Of a DNA stretch of 55,884 nt, positions 39,678 to 50,333 are shown in pieces. Positions within the stretch are counted from its first letter, which is position 1; each line of letters begins with the position of its first letter. Both the position numbers and the translations under genes were made by a program. The notes under the pieces were generated by a model that made no database searches, had not been told where the DNA came from, and saw nothing but the letters and a program-made list of their open reading frames with translations. The DNA is from Fibrobacterota bacterium (GTDB lineage: Bacteria > Fibrobacterota > Fibrobacteria > UBA11236), in contig JAYUVP010000252.1 of NCBI GenBank assembly GCA_043753995.1, positions 1-55,884 of the forward strand, written 5' to 3'.

Positions 39678-41375
39678 TCAGCGGTATTCCACCACCTTGG
39701 TGCCAGCGAAATAGGCAATGAGAATCTCACGGTAGCCCTGACCGGCCCTGGCGCGATTCATGGCTCCGTATTGGCAAAGCCCGACCCCATGGCCGAAACC
39801 GCTGCCGATGGCCGTGACGCGATCGTCTTGCAATGCGATTTCGAATTTGGCGCTTTCTAAAATACGGCCATCGCTGCGAATGGGCTTTAAGGCCCAGCGA
39901 ATGCGATCGCCGCGCAATACGACGGGTCCCGCATCGGTGTCGATGCGCAAGGTCTTGTTACGGCCACAACGGGTTTTGTCTATCACGGTAAAACCTTCCA
40001 GAGATCGAAAATTGCTGGGACCCTGGGCTCGTCCGGAAGTGAAATTACGGCGTAATATGGCCGCCAAGTCGGAGGCAGACCAAGTTTGTTTCCATTGCAT
40101 CATGGGACTGGTCGAGCACCATGGCTTGCCCTGCGGGTCCAAATCGTCGCGAGAAATCAAATAGGGAATAGGCCCTCCGTCCCAAACCTCTTCGCGATTG
40201 GCCGTGCGGCCCCCGCAAGTGCTGTGATAAAAGGTTTGCACCAAAGTATCCGAATGCAATAGAACTTGTCCTCGTGTTTCGCGTATGGCGTCATCGCTCA
40301 GTGCATACTCGTCCTTCATGCCCTTATAAACCTGATCCTGCACGTCGGCGTAAAGGTCAAAGCGCGAGGCATTGGGCCGCAACATGCGTTTGAGGGCATA
40401 GGTGCGCGCCACCACCGCTAAGGCGCGCAAGGCGTCGATGGCCTGGCTTTCCACATGCCCCAATTCATAAGGCAAAACTCCGCGTAAATACTCTTCCATG
40501 GGTAAAACATTGATGGCATTCAGAACATTCGAGGCCGGCTCACCCACGACGTCCAGCGAACCGCGATAGGGTGTGCCCCCGATGTCGAAATAAACTCCAC
40601 TGCGTGCGGGCGTCAGCCGCAGGCCCCGACAGTCGCGATAATGGCGAGTACCGCTTGCATCGACGATTTCGAGATCACGACCGCGTGAACGAATGCTGGT
40701 ATTGCCTCTCACTACCACCGCCTGAGGTATGGCTTGAGGGCCATCCAAACGGGCTAAGCCGAAATCGCCTTGCAAATTCACGGTAAAGGCTGCATTCTCT
40801 CGCTTCAGCAAAATGCGCACGGGCCTCAATAAAGCATTGGGCAATTTTGCGACCGGTATGGACCCACGTGGCGCACCAGCCTTGCTTTGTGCCCTCGCGG
40901 CTGCGGCAGCCGTCTGGGCAGTTAAGGCGCGTACAACGGAATCCCAGGCAGGCGACAGAAATTCGGCGCGATAGGGAAAACGCAAGGGCAAGGTGTCTTG
41001 GACTTCAGGAAATGGGGCGATCAAGGGTAAGGTGTCATTTGCCGGACCCATGGAGGCATTGGGCAATCGCAAGCCGCTCGTGTCTGTTTCTAGGGCGGTG
41101 GGAGGTGCCGGTGCCCATTCCTTTTCTTTAGGCAAAGGGGCGTCGAGGGGCTTAAGCTCCGGTCCAGGGGAGGCGGGCTTGTCCTGATTTTGAGTCTGTA
41201 ATAAAGACGAATCTGCCCAGTGCTGGGAGTTTGCTGGCGAGGCGGGTGATTCTATCGAATCGCCCCAAGTAGGTGCGACTCCGAGGCCAAGGCTAAACCC
41301 TAGGCCCAAGACCCAATGGATAGAATTACGGTAAACGGAAAAAAGAACGCGAGGCCGGCGTGTGCTTCGCGTCAT
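39678..41375 (-). CDS. SpoIID/LytB domain peptidoglycan lytic transglycosylase
   Basis: YRG, INVLPMEEYLRGVLPYE, AVVARTYA, DQVYKG, YHSTCGG, GFGHGVGLCQYGA. Confidence 0.93.
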   Translation of the reverse strand: MTRSTRRPRVLFSVYRNSIHWVLGLGFSLGLGVAPTWGDSIESPASPANSQHWADSSLLQTQNQDKPASPGPELKPLDAPLPKEKEWAPAPPTALETDTSGLRLPNASMGPANDTLPLIAPFPEVQDTLPLRFPYRAEFLSPAWDSVVRALTAQTAAAAARAQSKAGAPRGSIPVAKLPNALLRPVRILLKRENAAFTVNLQGDFGLARLDGPQAIPQAVVVRGNTSIRSRGRDLEIVDASGTRHYRDCRGLRLTPARSGVYFDIGGTPYRGSLDVVGEPASNVLNAINVLPMEEYLRGVLPYELGHVESQAIDALRALAVVARTYALKRMLRPNASRFDLYADVQDQVYKGMKDEYALSDDAIRETRGQVLLHSDTLVQTFYHSTCGGRTANREEVWDGGPIPYLISRDDLDPQGKPWCSTSPMMQWKQTWSASDLAAILRRNFTSGRAQGPSNFRSLEGFTVIDKTRCGRNKTLRIDTDAGPVVLRGDRIRWALKPIRSDGRILESAKFEIALQDDRVTAIGSGFGHGVGLCQYGAMNRARAGQGYREILIAYFAGTKVVEYR

Positions 41376-41385
41376 GCCTGGGCAT

Positions 41386-41913
41386 TCACTGCGCTTGAGC
41401 CGCTTTGGCTTCGCGCGATAGCTTTTTCAACTTGCTGTCATTGAGGGTGCGATCGGTAGCGGAGATCTTGTCGACGAAAAGCACGCCGTCGAGGTGGTCG
41501 ATTTCATGCTGAATGCAACGCGCTGCCAACCCGGAAATATTTTCCATGAAAACGGTCTGACCGTCCTCATTCAGGGCTTTGACCGATATGACTTCGGGGC
41601 GATTGACATCCGCCCATACGCCTGGAACCGACAGGCATCCTTCTTCGGCCGTCGCCTCGCCCTGTTTCACCGTCACTTCCGGATTGAAAAGGATTTGCGG
41701 CTTTCTTTCCTCTTCTTCGCCCGTTAGGTCAATGACGATGAGGCGAATGCTGCGGCCCACCTGCGGTGCTGCCAAGCCAATGCCATTTTGAGCATACATG
41801 GCCTGTAGCATTTCCTGGGCAAAGGCCTTGAGTTCCGGAGTGACCTCACTTACCGGGACTGCTTTTTTACGGAGCACCGAGCTACCATAGACTAAAACCT
41901 TTAAGTCCGCCAT
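41386..41913 (-). CDS. def: Peptide deformylase
   Basis: GIGLAAPQVG, EGCLSVP, QHEIDHLDG. Confidence 0.98.
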   Translation of the reverse strand: MADLKVLVYGSSVLRKKAVPVSEVTPELKAFAQEMLQAMYAQNGIGLAAPQVGRSIRLIVIDLTGEEEERKPQILFNPEVTVKQGEATAEEGCLSVPGVWADVNRPEVISVKALNEDGQTVFMENISGLAARCIQHEIDHLDGVLFVDKISATDRTLNDSKLKKLSREAKAAQAQ

Positions 41914-41927
41914 GCTTGAAACAGCTT

Positions 41928-42266
41928 TCAGGCTTTGGCCTCAGCGGTTTCCTTTTCGGCTTTAGCTCCAGCCTTGGTCTTAGCCGCATCGGCCTTAGCG
42001 GCCTCGGCGGTCAAGGATTTGGCAATGGCGCTACGATCAAAGTCGATACGCGCGTCATCGTGAAAGCGTAGGGTCACCACGGTATCCTTAATGGCGGCGA
42101 TTTCGCCATACATTCCGGAATTGGTTAGCACGCGATCACCTTTTTTCAGGCCAGCAAACATCTTGGTCAGGGCCTGCTGCTCTTTGCGTTTGGGTTGAAT
42201 GATGAGCAGCCACATGACGGCTAGCATGCCAAGGAGAAAAATGAAGTCGATTGATGTAAATCCCAT
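41928..42266 (-). CDS. yajC: Preprotein translocase subunit YajC
   Basis: TM helix then IQPKRKEQ, LKKGDRVLTNSGMYG.I, FDRSAI. Confidence 0.92.
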   Translation of the reverse strand: MGFTSIDFIFLLGMLAVMWLLIIQPKRKEQQALTKMFAGLKKGDRVLTNSGMYGEIAAIKDTVVTLRFHDDARIDFDRSAIAKSLTAEAAKADAAKTKAGAKAEKETAEAKA

Positions 42267-42416
42267 AGTGCGGTAAAAATAATCACTCGGGCCCTCACAT
42301 ACTGTCCGGCCTATGAAATGCATCATTTGAGGCTATTTAGGCCATTCCCAAGAGACTTTAATAAAACCCTCTTTTAGAGCTTTTCACCCAACGCCTCCAG
42401 CCATCATCCTTGGGGT

Positions 42417-42707
42417 ATGGACATCTGGGATTATGACGTCAGGTCCCAGCCTGATACGCCTTCCAACTTTTCCAATCTGGCCGCCCTCTGCCGCCATTTT
42501 GAAGATTTTTTAAGCCGAGAGCGTATTGACGAGCGTATTGAGGCGGAGAAAACCGTTTTCATCATTCGCCGGGAAAGTTCGCTTGAAGATACCATGCGCC
42601 AATTTTTGCGACGTATGGAGGCGATTTTACTTTCCGAAGTCGAGGGAAAGCCGATTCCCGCCGAATCCGGCTTCAGTAATAACGAAAGACCTCCGGCTCA
42701 GGAATGA
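42417..42707 (+). CDS. Hypothetical protein
   Basis: 96-aa ORF filling the yajC-tRNA gap; plausible soluble composition. Confidence 0.55.
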   Translation: MDIWDYDVRSQPDTPSNFSNLAALCRHFEDFLSRERIDERIEAEKTVFIIRRESSLEDTMRQFLRRMEAILLSEVEGKPIPAESGFSNNERPPAQE

Positions 42708-42731
42708 CATTCTCTACCTTTGCAGACCCCT

Positions 42732-42804
42732 GCACCGGTAGCTCAGTGGATAGAGCAGCGGTTTTCTAAACCGTTGGTCACTGGTTCGACCCCAGTCCGG
42801 TGTA
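42732..42804 (+). tRNA. tRNA-Arg (anticodon TCT), CCA not encoded
   Basis: GCACCGG/CCGGTGT acceptor stem, GCTC/GAGC D stem with A20, GCGGT-TTTCTAA-ACCGT anticodon arm, ACTGG-TTCGACC-CCAGT T arm. Confidence 0.96.
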
Positions 42805-42908
42805 CTTTCCTATCCAGCCCTTTTTGTTTTCCTCGGCTTTAACGCCGTTAAGACCCCGCCTTCCGTTATCATCTGAGTTAGACAGAGGGAAAAACCTTAA
42901 GCCTACTC

Positions 42909-44096
42909 ATGATTGCTCTAACCATTGATGAATTAAAACCCGGCATGATTGTGGCACGCTCGGTTATGAGCGGTGAGACCGGCATACGATTGGCTGCGGG
43001 TTATGTGCTGGAGGAAGCGGTCATTTCGCGCTGCAAGCGCATAGGCATGAGAGCCCTATGGGTGCATTTGGACGGCGAAGAAGTCGTACCCGATTGTAAT
43101 GTCAATGATCAATTGGCTTTGCAAGCCCAGCAGTCCTGGAAAGAAAACATCGACTTCGTCTCCAAGGTGGGGGACAGTCAATCCGTCACTCTTGACAACC
43201 TACGCCAATTCACCGACGATTCCTCGCGATTCAAAAACATTATCGCAACACGCGAGTTAAAAAGCGTTGTGAACAACATCATTCAATCGATCTTGAGCCA
43301 AGAGCCCTTGGTGCTGAATCTCGCGTCTATTCGCACTAAGGACGGATACCTCTATCAGCATGCCCTGGATGTTACCATCACCGCCGTGATGTTGGCTCAC
43401 CAGCTCAAATTCCCGCTCAAGGATGTACAGGAAATGGCCTTGGGATGCTTTCTCATGGACCTGGGTATGATCATTATTCCTCAGGCCTTGTTTGAAAAAA
43501 AGACGCCCCTTTCCCTAGCCGAGCGTCGTCTTTTGCGCGAGCATCCCATGGTGGGCTACACCATTTTGCGAGCTAATGAAGGAATAACCATCAATGCGGC
43601 GCATATTGCCTATCAGCATCACGAATTGATCAACGGCTCGGGTTTTCCCCGCAGCCTGCGCGAAGGAAATGAATACCCCAAAAAAGTGCTTGGTGATGTC
43701 GAGGGCAAAATCCACCGCTATGCTTTAATTGCTGCCGTCGCCGACCGCTACAACAGTGCCATTTCTCCACGGCCTGAGGGTCCACAACCCATGGCCCCAC
43801 TGGAGGCTATGCGCATGCTCATTTCCGAGGCCGGCGAGAAAATCAATGCCCATGTCGTGAATGCCCTCATCACCCTCATTCCCGTTTTCCCCACCGGTAC
43901 ACGGGTGCTCGTGACGAAGGCGCCACGCCTGCTTTTACTCGGATGCCTGGGGGTGGTGGCGCGAGCCAATCTTCTTGAAAAAGAAAAACCACAAGTCATT
44001 TTGCTATTCGACAAATTCAAACGCAAAATCAAGCCTGAGGTGATCGATTTGGCCTTGGATAAGGGATATGAAATTCAATTTGCGCCACTAGAATAG
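42909..44096 (+). CDS. HD-GYP domain protein with degenerate catalytic motifs
   Basis: LKPGMIVAR N-terminus, YLYQH, FLMDLG (HD to MD), EHP.VG, QHHE..NGSGFP (GYP to GFP), AVAD, FPTGTRV. Confidence 0.88.
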   Translation: MIALTIDELKPGMIVARSVMSGETGIRLAAGYVLEEAVISRCKRIGMRALWVHLDGEEVVPDCNVNDQLALQAQQSWKENIDFVSKVGDSQSVTLDNLRQFTDDSSRFKNIIATRELKSVVNNIIQSILSQEPLVLNLASIRTKDGYLYQHALDVTITAVMLAHQLKFPLKDVQEMALGCFLMDLGMIIIPQALFEKKTPLSLAERRLLREHPMVGYTILRANEGITINAAHIAYQHHELINGSGFPRSLREGNEYPKKVLGDVEGKIHRYALIAAVADRYNSAISPRPEGPQPMAPLEAMRMLISEAGEKINAHVVNALITLIPVFPTGTRVLVTKAPRLLLLGCLGVVARANLLEKEKPQVILLFDKFKRKIKPEVIDLALDKGYEIQFAPLE

Positions 44097-44283
44097 GGAA
44101 TAAAGGGATGATTACGCATTTGTTTACAGAAATCAGGGGGTCGCAATTCGAACCCTCCTTAAAAGCCAGTGAACCGGCTTAAAACCCTCTGAAATAAGAA
44201 CGATACCGGCGGAAAAACCGCCTCTATGACCCTATATTCCTCTTCAACTGGGACGAACAAAGCCTTTAAATCCAAGGGAAAAT

Positions 44284-45708
44284 ATGAAAGTGCCTGTTTA
44301 CCGTATTCTTGCTGGCTTTGCTCCAATTTGTGTTTTCTTGCTGGCTTTAGGGAAGGAAGCCGCAGCTCAATCCTTCAGTCGCGCCGACTCCGGTTGGGTG
44401 AGAATCTGGAATGGCAAGGATTGGAGTGAGGATGCCGTTTATTCCCGCACCTATGGAGCTAATGCGCCCATGGTCTATCCGCCCGACTCGACAGGTTGGC
44501 GAATTCTCTATCCGAATACCGATACGGCCGCGATTTATGTCTTTACCACGGCCTCCAATAAAAACGGAAATATCGGAACTCGTAAAACCTCCTATAGCCA
44601 TTATCGCATGCGCATGGAAGGCAAGTTCGACGTGCTGAATGGCAATAACAATGCCGGCATCACCTATCATACGGATGAGACCAAAAGCCGCATGAGCAAT
44701 AACTGGCCTAGGTCCATTGAATTTCAAATGAAGCAGAGCGAAACGGGTTCGGCTTTTTCGATTCAGCAATTGACTTTCAATAGCAAGGCCAGCAATAAAA
44801 ACGGTGGGTCGCCTTTCAATATGAATGGTGTCGATGTCGTCGGTTGCGAAACCGGTCCTTTATGCACAGGCCGAAATTATGCGGGCGCACCCTTAATCCC
44901 AAATGGTTCCGGTGGAGTCACCCGCTGGCTGCGCTATGAGCTCGTTGCCCGTGGTGCCGATAGCGCCTTGCATATTGTGAATGATACCGTGGTCTTTCGG
45001 GTATCCAATCTTCGCGTCTACAATGACAAAGCCAATAATACCCCCGATGGACCCGTGGATCATGGTGGCATCGGCCTGCAGGCCGAGGGCTCCTTGGTCA
45101 AGTATCGTCGCTGGGAAATGATGGAGTTTCCCGCTGGAACGCCTAAGGGCGAAAATTATTTGCATCGCTTTTTCCTGGATAATCTCAAGCAAGGCGTCAC
45201 GGTGAAGCCGAGCACCCCCTTTGAAATCAAGTGGCGCAATATCGGCCCCATCAGCACCGTTACCCTCGAATACAGCCTTGGCAATGGCGCGTGGCAAAGC
45301 ATTGTTAAAGATGTGCCGAATACTGGCAGCTACAGCTGGAATGTCCCTAGCCAAAAGACTGAACAATTGAAGGTGAGGCTTACTGGCCCTGCTTGGGCTG
45401 CGGGCGATTCCAGTACTGGATACAATACGATTGGCGATGGCGTCGGGATTCTTTCGGCACCAAGTCTGAACCAGACCTTTTCTTTTTCGGTGGCCGGAAA
45501 AGGCATTTTGATTTCCGACATAAGGGAAGGAACGAAAATCGAAATCTGTGACGTTTTTGGCCGCGTCGTCGAAAGAATGTCGGTGAAGGGTGCCGACTTG
45601 ACTTGGAATGCCCGTGGCGCCAAAGGAAGTCTTATGCCTTCGGGCATTTACTTCATTCGCATTCTCGACAATTCTAGGAGTAGGATTGCGCGGACCTTTG
45701 TTTTTTGA
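44284..45708 (+). CDS. Secreted DUF1080 protein with Ig-like module and full T9SS-type CTD
   Basis: GWVRIWNGKD, NNAGITYH, WPRSIEFQM, GGIGLQAEG; NTGSYSWNVP module; DVFGRVV...WN...SGIYFIRI. Confidence 0.85.
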   Translation: MKVPVYRILAGFAPICVFLLALGKEAAAQSFSRADSGWVRIWNGKDWSEDAVYSRTYGANAPMVYPPDSTGWRILYPNTDTAAIYVFTTASNKNGNIGTRKTSYSHYRMRMEGKFDVLNGNNNAGITYHTDETKSRMSNNWPRSIEFQMKQSETGSAFSIQQLTFNSKASNKNGGSPFNMNGVDVVGCETGPLCTGRNYAGAPLIPNGSGGVTRWLRYELVARGADSALHIVNDTVVFRVSNLRVYNDKANNTPDGPVDHGGIGLQAEGSLVKYRRWEMMEFPAGTPKGENYLHRFFLDNLKQGVTVKPSTPFEIKWRNIGPISTVTLEYSLGNGAWQSIVKDVPNTGSYSWNVPSQKTEQLKVRLTGPAWAAGDSSTGYNTIGDGVGILSAPSLNQTFSFSVAGKGILISDIREGTKIEICDVFGRVVERMSVKGADLTWNARGAKGSLMPSGIYFIRILDNSRSRIARTFVF

Positions 45709-45732
45709 ACCAAAAAACCGAATGATTCAGAA

Positions 45733-45746
45733 GTACTAATTAGTAC
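45733..45746. promoter_or_regulatory. Perfect 14-bp palindrome, candidate operator
   Basis: GTACTAATTAGTAC in the intergenic region before the esterase pair. Confidence 0.45.
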
Positions 45747-45888
45747 AGTCGTGGGCATTCTAAATTACTTGCTGTAAAAAACCGACATTTTTAGGCGAAT
45801 TCATACAAGTTCGCCTATTTTCGATGCGCCTAGCGTGTTTATGGACAGCATAAAACCCTAACTCAGCATAGCTTTCTCTCGAATCTGA

Positions 45889-46968
<1,080 letters not shown>

Positions 46969-46996
46969 GTTTGGCAATTATCACTAGGAAAATCCT

Positions 46997-48040
46997 ATGC
47001 TAAAAAAAATTACAATCGTAGCCTCGTTGATGTTTCCCGCATTTAACGCCTTCGCCGAGGAAGTCAAGTGGCCAAAGCCACCGACCGGCTATGACAAAGA
47101 GGCGGCTAGTATCCCTAAAGGAAGTTTAAGTGCGAGCCTGTCCTATACGACGACTAAGTACAACGAGAGAAAATTCAAAATTTACCTTCCGCCCAATTAT
47201 TCGGCCACTCGCGCCGAAAAATATCCCGTCCTGTATTTGCATCATGGAATCGGAGGGAATGAAAGCGCTTGGTCGTCCTCCGCTTCTGGACAGTCCGAGG
47301 GCAATGCGGATAAAGTGATGGATTATTTGTATGCGCAAGCCAGCCTCAATGTCACACCGATGCTTGTCGTCATGCCCATGGGAAACATGAGCGGCACTAG
47401 CGGTGACGCGTGGGCTAATTACGAAGAGGTGGAGAAAAATGATCTCGCGCCTTACATTGAGAAGACGTACAACGCTTCGTCAAGCGCGTCTATGCGGGCA
47501 ATTGCTGGACTCTCCATGGGTGCGGGACAAACCCTGAATTTCGGATATAAAAACCCGACCTTTTATAATTGGATAGGCGCCTTCTCTCCTGCTCCTAACA
47601 CGATTGGCGCTAGTACCACGGTCAAAGATATTGCAGCAATCAAAGCGAATGTAAAGCTTAATTTTCTTGCCGCAGGTACAACGGAAACCAGCTACCTGAG
47701 TACCGCCCGATCGTACCACAATTTCTTGAATCAGAATGGAATCACACCACTTTTTCTTCAAGTTGAGGAGGGGTTGAACCATGAGAGAGAGAATTGGAAT
47801 CGTCAGCTACATAACTTTGCTCAGCGTATCTTTAAGGGAGGCGGAACGGGAATCGTCATCAGCCCGAAAACGGACAAGATGAAAATATCGTCACGTTTGG
47901 TATTTGACCGGCTTGGCGGGACTTCCACAATTTTGGTTTCACGTGGGCTGGCGAGTGGCCGAATTCATTTGAATGGACGTCAATTTTCAGGATTTAGTTC
48001 GGATTTGCGCATGGATGCGGTTCGACTCCCCCAAAGGTGA
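46997..48040 (+). CDS. Secreted CE1-type esterase (tandem paralog)
   Basis: [42 protein letters not shown]; clearly homologous to the preceding gene. Confidence 0.88.
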   Translation: MLKKITIVASLMFPAFNAFAEEVKWPKPPTGYDKEAASIPKGSLSASLSYTTTKYNERKFKIYLPPNYSATRAEKYPVLYLHHGIGGNESAWSSSASGQSEGNADKVMDYLYAQASLNVTPMLVVMPMGNMSGTSGDAWANYEEVEKNDLAPYIEKTYNASSSASMRAIAGLSMGAGQTLNFGYKNPTFYNWIGAFSPAPNTIGASTTVKDIAAIKANVKLNFLAAGTTETSYLSTARSYHNFLNQNGITPLFLQVEEGLNHERENWNRQLHNFAQRIFKGGGTGIVISPKTDKMKISSRLVFDRLGGTSTILVSRGLASGRIHLNGRQFSGFSSDLRMDAVRLPQR

Positions 48041-48130
48041 GACTATAAAAGCACGCAATGACGCGGCAGGCTGATTTCCGTGGCCGGCTGCCTCAAACAT
48101 GCTTCGAAGGATCCTGTTTTGTTCTGATCC

Positions 48131-49077
48131 TTGACTCGCCGCATTGAAAACAAGGGAGGGTTGTCAATCGTTCTGAATTTTGAATTGCCGGTGCCGCCTT
48201 CAGCGAATTGGGGGCGAGTGGAAAGCGTAAGCCCCTTGGTTTCAGGGGCTAATAATGACATTCTGAAAATTCGGTTTTCTGAGCGCAACCTCATCCTAAA
48301 GCAAACGCGTAAAACGGGAATTAATCGTTTGCGATCCGAGGCCGCAATATTGCAGGCCCTTGGTGGGATTCATGCCCCAGCTCTTGTCTGGCCTGTTCAG
48401 CTACTCGACGGTGATGTGGATTTTCTTTGGATGGAGCAAGCGCAGGGTCGTCATTTGTATTTGCTCAATGCTTCAGAGGCTCGCCAACTCGGGAGGTCTT
48501 TGCGCGCGATTCATGAAATGCCAATCGACGGCTTACAGGTAAGGTTAGAAGCTCCGACCTGGGACGATTATTTTCAAAATCGACTTCTCGCCCAGTTGGC
48601 CATGTCTCGCAGCCATTGCCCCAGTGACTTGCACGGTACCCTAGAATCCTTACTCAAGGCGATCCGAAATTTCGGCATGAAATTCGGAAACCGTTTGGCA
48701 GGCCATGGCCAATGTTTAGTGCATACGGATCTCATTCCTCTCAATGTCCTATTCGACGAAGACCTTTGCATCTTGATTGGGAGCTCGGACGCATCGATTA
48801 TCCGGAATGGGATATCGTTTCGGTGGATAAGGCATTTCAATTTGCCGATGGAGCCAGATCCGAATTCGAATCCGCCTATGGGCGTCCATTGGATCGCGAC
48901 AGGCTACGGCTTTTTTCTTTGCTGCATTATGCCAATGTCGCACTATGGCGCATTGGCTCCTATTATGTCAAAGGTGAAAATCGAAACCAGGAATCAAAAT
49001 TTCTTGGGGAATTAAACGATGAAATGACTTGGATTCGAAATCATCTACCCAGACAAGTGAAGTCCGTCCCCGATTAA
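48131..49077 (+). pseudogene. Aminoglycoside-phosphotransferase/choline-kinase family gene, frameshifted at ~48775
   Basis: One frame gives GANN, ILK, LRSEAAIL, LVHTDLIPLNVL; the DWELGRIDYPEWD motif and the C-terminus are in another frame. Confidence 0.8.
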
Positions 49078-49213
49078 TTCTTTGTGATAAGAGATAGGGA
49101 GAACCCCTGGGGTAGTTGGGGCATTTTGGCCTAAGTGCGTTTACTATGCGCAAGCGGGGTTAGGGATCAACAGGTAATATATGTTCGGGTAAACAGACCC
49201 GAGGAGGATGGGA

Positions 49214-50263
49214 ATGAGGTCATTGGCGAGAGAGGCAGGCGTGGAAAAACGCACTGCATTGTTTTTTGTTTGTTTTGGTGCTTTAGCATCCTTCGGCCAA
49301 GCCCAGACCACGCCCACCGTTAACCTGCCCAAGCCGGATGCGGATGGCTGGATTCGAATTTTTCGCGGCGATAATTTGGCTGATTTTTCCATTTATACGG
49401 GGAATGGTTCTCCAGCCCAGGAAGCGAATAAAGGTTTCGGCGACCCCTTCTTTGTGCAGGGTGGTGATACCATTCGGACCGATGGCGGCCCGGCAGGTCA
49501 GCTCATTTTCAAACAGAGTTTTTCCCATTTTATCATGTCGGCTGAACTTCGCTGGCCCAATGGTCTAGGCAATTGCGGCTTGATGACCAAGATTCAATGG
49601 AATGACCAAGGCCAAGGCGGCGGGCTTCCACGCTGCATCGAATGCCAAGGCGATCCCAATCAGGGCATGGGGCAAATTTGGTCACTCGGGGCAAATGGCG
49701 GACGCCCCTGGATAACCTTCAAGGGTAAAACAGATTCCCACGGTGCTAAAGTCGATAGTGCGAGTCCGGTGATGGATTTCGGAGGTTCCGGAGGTGCAAA
49801 CTGTATTGTCGGATATCCGGGTTGGCAACAGCCTCGCCCCGCGGCCTTGAACAATGCCGGCTGGGTTACCATCAGTGCTGAGAATCACGGTAAAGACACT
49901 TCGCGGCATTTCGTCGACGGACAAAAGGTGATGGAATATTGGAATCCCCGTATTGCGACGACAACCAATGCGAACGCGGTTTCAAAATATCTCACCGATG
50001 GAATGGTCTCGATTCAATCGGAAGGAACCACGGTTTGGTATCGCAATTGGAAAATCAAACTCTTGCCAGAAGACCCCTTGTACAAGTCGCTTTATACGAC
50101 GGTGACATTTGCGCCTATAGCCTCTTTGCGTAAGGCCTCGAAACCCTATACTTTGGGATTCAATGGGGCGACCTTGACCATACTTTCGGAAGGCCAACCG
50201 GTATCCAGTTTAACTGGCCAAAGGTTTAAGCTTGCGGATCCGAACCGCATCATTCGCCCCTAA
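49214..50263 (+). CDS. Secreted DUF1080 protein
   Basis: GWIRIFRGDNLADF, GNCGL, LPRCIECQG, GMVSIQSEGTTVWYRNWKIK; GAGGAGG SD. Confidence 0.85.
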   Translation: MRSLAREAGVEKRTALFFVCFGALASFGQAQTTPTVNLPKPDADGWIRIFRGDNLADFSIYTGNGSPAQEANKGFGDPFFVQGGDTIRTDGGPAGQLIFKQSFSHFIMSAELRWPNGLGNCGLMTKIQWNDQGQGGGLPRCIECQGDPNQGMGQIWSLGANGGRPWITFKGKTDSHGAKVDSASPVMDFGGSGGANCIVGYPGWQQPRPAALNNAGWVTISAENHGKDTSRHFVDGQKVMEYWNPRIATTTNANAVSKYLTDGMVSIQSEGTTVWYRNWKIKLLPEDPLYKSLYTTVTFAPIASLRKASKPYTLGFNGATLTILSEGQPVSSLTGQRFKLADPNRIIRP

Positions 50264-50276
50264 ACTCACAAGCAAT

Positions 50277-50314
50277 AAAAAACCCAGCGGAACCTAAGTC
50301 CGCTGGGTTTTTTT
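50277..50314. terminator. Bidirectional rho-independent terminator
   Basis: AAAAAACCCAGCGGA-ACCTAAG-TCCGCTGGGTTTTTTT between convergent genes. Confidence 0.92.
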
Positions 50315-50333
50315 ATTTGGGCCGCAGCCAATA

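Noticed and set aside
42732..44160. tRNA-Arg-anchored genomic island; tRNA-like fragment AATCAGGGGGTCGCAATTCGAACCCT at 44131
   Set aside because: No integrase; the fragment does not match this tRNA's 3' end, lacks GTTCG and folds as a simple hairpin.
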